Assembly (NCBI RefSeq): GCF_009914755.1 | Contig: NC_060944.1 | DNA from: the human T2T-CHM13v2.0 reference genome, Homo sapiens | DNA length: 64,000 nt | Direction: 5' to 3' (one strand) | Shown: in pieces, positions 58,217-64,000 of the stretch | Position numbering within the stretch: position 1 is the first letter of the stretch | How the letters are laid out: every line of letters begins with the position of its first letter | Position numbers and translations under genes: made by a program | The notes under the pieces: model-generated | Told to the model about the DNA's origin: nothing | The model's database searches: none | Seen by the model: only the letters and a program-made list of their open reading frames with translations

Positions 58217-61200
58217 AATCCTTACTTCTGATGCTGTTACTGGCCAAGTGGGATCAACTGCTCAGTGAGGTTGATTAGACTGTATAGAAGTTAGTGTCCA
58301 AAAGCCCAGGGACCCCACTGCCTTCCAATTCATGAGCACTTGACTCTGGTACTTAAAGAGAGAGCTCCAAAGGCCTGGGAGCTGAGGCCAGCCCCTGCAA
58401 CAGACAGCCATGTCCTCACCCTGCTGGCCCTGCCATGTCAGCTCCCGATAGGCAGCGAGGGATTTGGAAAGAGGCCTCTTGCATCATTGCTTCCTTGTGC
58501 CAAGCCAGGGAAAGAAAACTTGTATAACCTAGGCCGGCTTTTGGCAGAAAATTGGAAGGTGGAAAGCCATGGAAATGAAAGTTAAAGAATTACGGACCTT
58601 ACCTTATACGAGAACGTGCAGGTGCCCCTGAACCCTGCTTCCCAGGTTCCTGTTTGAAACACCACCAACTTATTGAGAAGATGAGTCCTCCCTATCTGTG
58701 TTGGCTTGTGATTCTGTTATCCCATAGCAGATTTTTCATCTGCGTCACAATTTTGCTTTTTAAATATTGAAAACACCAAAATGTACATTTCTTTCCCCGT
58801 TACCATTGATCTTTCTAGGTTGCTTCTTCAAAGCAATGTAGGCTAGTTTTGGGAAGGACACTTGTCAACTGGCACCTTTTTTCATCAGACTCTGTGGTCA
58901 TTTTTCAGACAAATCATGTTTTCTGTGTGCAGGAGGATGGACTTTACTTCTGCACCAGGTTATACGAACAGCAGTCCTGAGGGTGCTCAATTTCCACTAT
59001 ATTTCAACTTGGAAACATTTCAGGTTTCTATAGCTAAGATAGAGGCCCGTGACCCTGACAAGACATGCTGAGGCCGGACCCCCACCCTGGGTGATGTGTC
59101 CAATCGCCCAAGCCTTGACACATGTGAATTCTGCCCTCCTTGGTAGAGGAGCTGACAGGGAGACTCAGATTTACTGAATTTTTGGAATTGTCCCCAGCGT
59201 GGATCAGAAAAGACATTTTTGTTCCGCGCTGCACTATTACAGGCAAGGGGAACAATTTGCATAGTTACCAGGGAGCTCCGGGGAAGGGTAGCGTTCAGTT
59301 CTCAAGCAATTATCTTTATTTCCAATAGAGTTAACTGCACTGCAAAGTGGATCCATTTTCTCACTGCAAAATAAGCGCATTGGATTGTTTTTGTGGTAAC
59401 TATGCAATTAGTTCTTCCTGCTCATGCCTTGCCTGGTGCTGCTGTCTTTTCTCCGTGAGTGTGTTTGAAATAGTATTCAGTGGCAAATTTGTTCTCACTC
59501 AGAGAATGGACTTGCTTACTCTGTAATACTTGAAATCAAGGGCACTGTGGATCCCCAGGGCCATGTCCGTTTTAGGGAGGAGGAAACTGAAACCAAAGCC
59601 TAGTGAGCTGCCCAAAGGACACCTCGTTCCCAGCAATGTCATGATGGAGCCATCTGTTTGTGTGCCAGATCTTCCGTCGGTCCTTCTGGAGTCTAACACA
59701 GATGGTGCACACATTTTAAAAGACTACATGTAGCCACCTAGTGCCCTCAACTCTAAAAGTCATAAGCAAACAAAGGTTGGGAAAAAATAGGAATGGGGAA
59801 AGATTTTAATAGAAATCTGGATATGCTCTATGACATGCAAACTGAAGGAGAGAACTAAGGCAGGCCTATAAAAAATGGGGGCAAGCCTGAGTTTTACACT
59901 GCATTTCGTCTTATCCTCCTTAGTCATCCTTTTCCACCTAAGGTAGCTGTGGACTTAAATTACCCGCCAGCTTTCTTCAGTAGCCCATTTTCATATGCGC
60001 ATGCTGCATAGGAGCAAAGACCTCCTGAGCTTCCAACAAGAAGGGCTGCTTAGCAGACACAGGGCCACCAGTCATCCAGCGTAGGTGAGAGGGGAGTAAG
60101 GCAGACATCAAACCCACCATGGGCTTCAGGATCTGTGGCAGGGAATGCGTACAGTGTGATAAAGGGACAGGACTTCCCCAGTGGCAATGACCTTAGAGCG
60201 TATCTCATCCAAGTCTGCACTGCCCAAGTGAGGAGAATGAGGCCTGGGCAGGTTTCTGGGGGAGGTGGGACTGGAACCAACCCAGGTCTCCTGAGTCTTG
60301 TTCCGTGTAAACTGACTATGGGATCTTGTCTTCATTAGGATGCTTTTAGCTGCAAACAACAAGGTCACCCAACTCCACGCAGCTTAAACGACAAGGGATG
60401 CTTCTATCTCACATTCTAAGAAGTCCCCAGAAGACTAGTGCCAGACACAGGAGAGTAGCTCTAGAATCTGCTTGTCCTGTCTCTGAGGGTGATTCTCCTA
60501 TTATTGCCCTGGGCTGCAGCCTTCATGTAAGTGAATGGTCAGCATCACAGGGGGGTGACATCGCTCTCTGAAGGGCGAGATCCTTCCTGGGATGGAGGTG
60601 GCATGCAATGTTGGGCTGTGGCACGTGCATGGTTTCTCATGGCTGGGGCGCCATTAGGCCTCCCCATAAACCTGACAGAGAAAGCTCCAAAGAAAATACG
60701 CCAGCTTTTACAGTCACTTTGCTGTGGGTCAGTGGTGATTGAAACAGGAGACACCCAGCCCTCCCAAAGGTTCTAACACCTGGATATTTAACATGTCTTC
60801 TGGGCACATGTTTGCAGCAAGAATCATGCTTTAATAACAGGCACCAAGCAAAGTGGTGTAAGTCTAGATACATTTTTATTTCCTTATTGTGGGAAAAAAT
60901 ACATGAACAAACAAAATCACAAAACTTCTGGGGAGAGAGTTTTTGAGGATATGAATTTTCTCTGCTGGGTACATTCAGCCCTGAGCTCACTGCCTTACGA
61001 CAGCACAGGCCATGTAGCGAAGCGGGAATGATTAGGTTGAAGTCTGGGCAGGGTGATCGGTGTGTTAGGGACCTGCCTGCACCCTGAGTGGGCTTTGGAT
61101 ACCATCCTCCCACTACTTGTTCCCACATCTTCAAAATAAAAGACTGAACGATATAATCTTTTTTAAAAATTGAGATGAAATTCACACAACAAAAAATTAA

Positions 61201-61317
61201 CCATTTTCAGGTGCAAATTTAGTGGCATTTACTACATTGACAATGTTGTGTAATGCCCCTCTGTCTAGATCCAAAACATTTCTCCCAGAGGAGATCCCCC
61301 AACCCATTGAGCTGGAG

Positions 61318-61325
61318 TGACGTCA
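61318..61325. promoter_or_regulatory. Perfect palindromic CRE (TGACGTCA)
   Basis: motif match only. Confidence 0.4.
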
Positions 61326-62182
61326 TCTTTTAAGGACCTTTTTAATTATATGATTCTATGGCATCAGAATAGGCACTTGACTCATTCAGCTCTGTAAAGA
61401 CACCCTCCAGACTGCAAAGACATTGAGATAATCCCACAAACATGAAACTTCTAAATATTTGTCCCTAACAAACACAATTGAGGTGGGGTGGATGACCTGA
61501 ATCGCCCTGGTGGATGACTTTGTGGCTGATCGTTACAGGGCTGACTGGTGTTTTCCTGCTGTCAGAAGCTTCATGATGGGGCCAGTCGGGTGCCCAGTGA
61601 GTAGTATCCCTGGCAACAGAGACCCAGGCAGATTTGCGTAAATACCTTTCGTCCCAGGACATGGGATTTACACTGTGTGTTTCTCGTCACCTTCAGGAAA
61701 ACCACTGTCCCTTTTTTTCTTTGCCAGATAAGAGTCAGGCTTTCCTACAAATTCAGATTCCTGAACCAAGGGGCATTTTTGTGGTCATCCCTTCGGTGTT
61801 CCCGTCACTGCCGTTGGTGGCTGGGGTGAAGTGAGGAGGTTGTGGCTGTGTGTGTGAGAGCCTTAGCTTGGGAAAATGGTGTCTTTGCCGTCTCTGGTTC
61901 TCAACTCTTCAGCACAACTTGGTTGTGCTGTGTGGATTTTCAACATGTTCCAGCTGTGAAATTCCTTATACCACAAACATCCAATATGGAAGCCGGAAAT
62001 GTACAACAGGTCAAATCAGAGATGCCATGGGTGAGGAGGGCTTAGAGCCCGTCTCCTACAGCCTTTCTCTCTCCTCTGTGAGGGGTGAGTGGAATCCCCC
62101 TAAATCCCTTAGAGCCCAGTTGGGAAAACACGGACCTTGACTTTACATGACCTCCAAGCACTGCTGTTGAGAGTGTGTGTTT

Positions 62183-62479
62183 GTTTTTTTTTTTTGAGAT
62201 GGAGTCTCACTCTGTCACCCAGGCTGGAATGCAGTGGTGAGATCTCGGCTCACCACAACCTCTGCCTCCCGGGTTCCAGTGATTCTCCTGCCTCAGCCTC
62301 CTGAGTAGCTGGGATTACAGGCATGCGCCACCATGCCAGGCTAATTGTTTGTATTTTTAGTAGAGATGGGGTTTCTCCGTGTTGGTCAGGCTGGTCTCAA
62401 ACTCCTGACCTCAGGTGATCCGCCTGCCTCAGCCTCCCAAAGTCCTGGGATTACAGACGTGAGCCTCCGCACCCGGCCC
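62183..62479 (-). mobile_element. Alu (AluS-like)
   Basis: poly-T plus reverse Alu. Confidence 0.9.
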
Positions 62480-64000
62480 AGAATTTCTGTTCTTTTATTG
62501 GCCTCCAGGTAACCAAGAAACACCAACATGTGTTGCAATCAGACTGTCCTCTGAATCCTCCACTGTGAGACCCCGCCAAAGTCATGGCTTTGTTTTCTGT
62601 TGTTCATCTGGAATGCAGCCATTCCCCACACCCACCTCCCCGGTCACACCTGCTGCATCTTGGCTGTCCCTGCGCGTGTTTTCTGCTGTCTTTGTCACTG
62701 CTCCATCCTGCATGGCATTCTACAGGCTCGTCAAAGTCCAGTTCACCCACTCTTCCAGAACCCTTCATGGTAGGCTGCTGGGAGAAATTGGGCTACAGTC
62801 CATCACAGGTGCAAAATGACACCTGAGAGGTGGCCCTGTCACTGACCACTTCTTCCCCAACACATGCTCAGTAGACTAAGTGTGGTGGACAGGCGCACCC
62901 TGGCCTGGGGGACCCAGAGGACTTGTGTTTGGAACTCCCCTTGCTTCCTTGGGTCTGCCATGACTGTCTGGCCCCCTCCTGCAGGGGCCTTGTATGAGCA
63001 GTTCGAGGAACGTTCTCACTAACTGCAAAGCACTGTACCAATGTCTTGATTACATTTTAGATAGCAGACAGTGGCCCTGGCTCTCCCACTGGAACTGTCT
63101 ATGTGGCACTTGGCCATGTACAACTTCTTTAATTGGACCATCATGTAGGTCTGATGATAAACCAAATACTCTAACATCAGGGTGGGGGTCTCCCCAACTC
63201 CATCTTAAGTCTTTGAGGAAATTGTTTCTTAGGCAAGATAGCTCCATAACTTGTGGGACCACGTGCAAAATACACAGGGCCCCTTGTTCAAAAAGGACAA
63301 AAAAAAAAAACCTGTGTTCCTTTCTCCCATGGTCTCTCTATCTGTTGTGGCATGTTTTGCATTTGCTGTTTGATGTTGCGCTCCCTTGGGCAGGGGATGC
63401 TCATGGGAATGAGTGCAGACCCTCATGGGCGCACAACTCTGACCTGACTTCCCTGCCCTTGTGCTCAGACCCTAGTCGGGGTGGAGGGCAGCAGTGGTCA
63501 CCTAGCAGGAAGAGACAGGGGAGCGGGCAGCTGAGGCTCCATCCTTAGAAGCAGAAAGGCTGAGGAAGGCAGAACTGTACAAGAGCCACGCCGCGTGCCC
63601 CATCATCCCTTCAAATGTAGAAGTGACACAAACTTAGAAGATCACTATGAATTTCAAGACAGTGACCCCAGAGCATGAAACTCCAAGAGAAGAGCCCCCT
63701 TCCAAGAGTGAGGCATGCTCTTGAGACTATGAAGTGGACCCTAGGATCAGTATGAAGTAGGTGCTCAGCAAGTGCTTGATGACTATGTGCTGGGAGTATA
63801 GACAGGAAAAGGACTCTCAGTTTGAGGACACATCTAGAGAACTGGCAATAGTAGCTGCTCATTCACTGTTGAAGGAATGAATATGATTCCTTTCTCGACC
63901 CTCGTCTATACCCAGCTGGGTTGAGACCCTCAGTTTCCTCATCTATAAAATGGGAAAGATAACAAAGGTACCTACATCGGAGAAAATCATGGAATGCATC

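Overview
Human (primate) genomic DNA containing the complete CTCFL/BORIS gene (germline paralog of CTCF, 11 C2H2 zinc fingers) on the minus strand. I resolved a non-coding exon 1 (~30962-30843) and ten coding exons (30020 to 4363, all GT-AG, 1992 nt = 663 aa + stop), with a poly(A) signal at 3001-3006. Several alternative terminal exons can be rebuilt in frame; four come from antisense transposons (two acceptors in one MLT1 LTR, an Alu, an MST LTR). The last codons, stop codon and an overlapping splice donor exist in three copies. Directly upstream of the CpG-island promoter lies a ~1.7 kb G-rich minisatellite. Its ~50-60 bp unit carries a near-consensus CTCF/BORIS motif (CCTGCAGGGGGCGCT) in one orientation, so the gene is headed by a tandem array of sites for its own product and its paralog. 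This is the most interesting signal in the window. The right ~30 kb is intergenic (from recall, toward PCK1 on 20q13), with Alus, LTRs, DNA transposons, small tandem duplications and scattered CRE/HNF4/C/EBP motifs. Repeat subfamily names and isoform matches come from memory, not database searches. Repeat boundaries are approximate.
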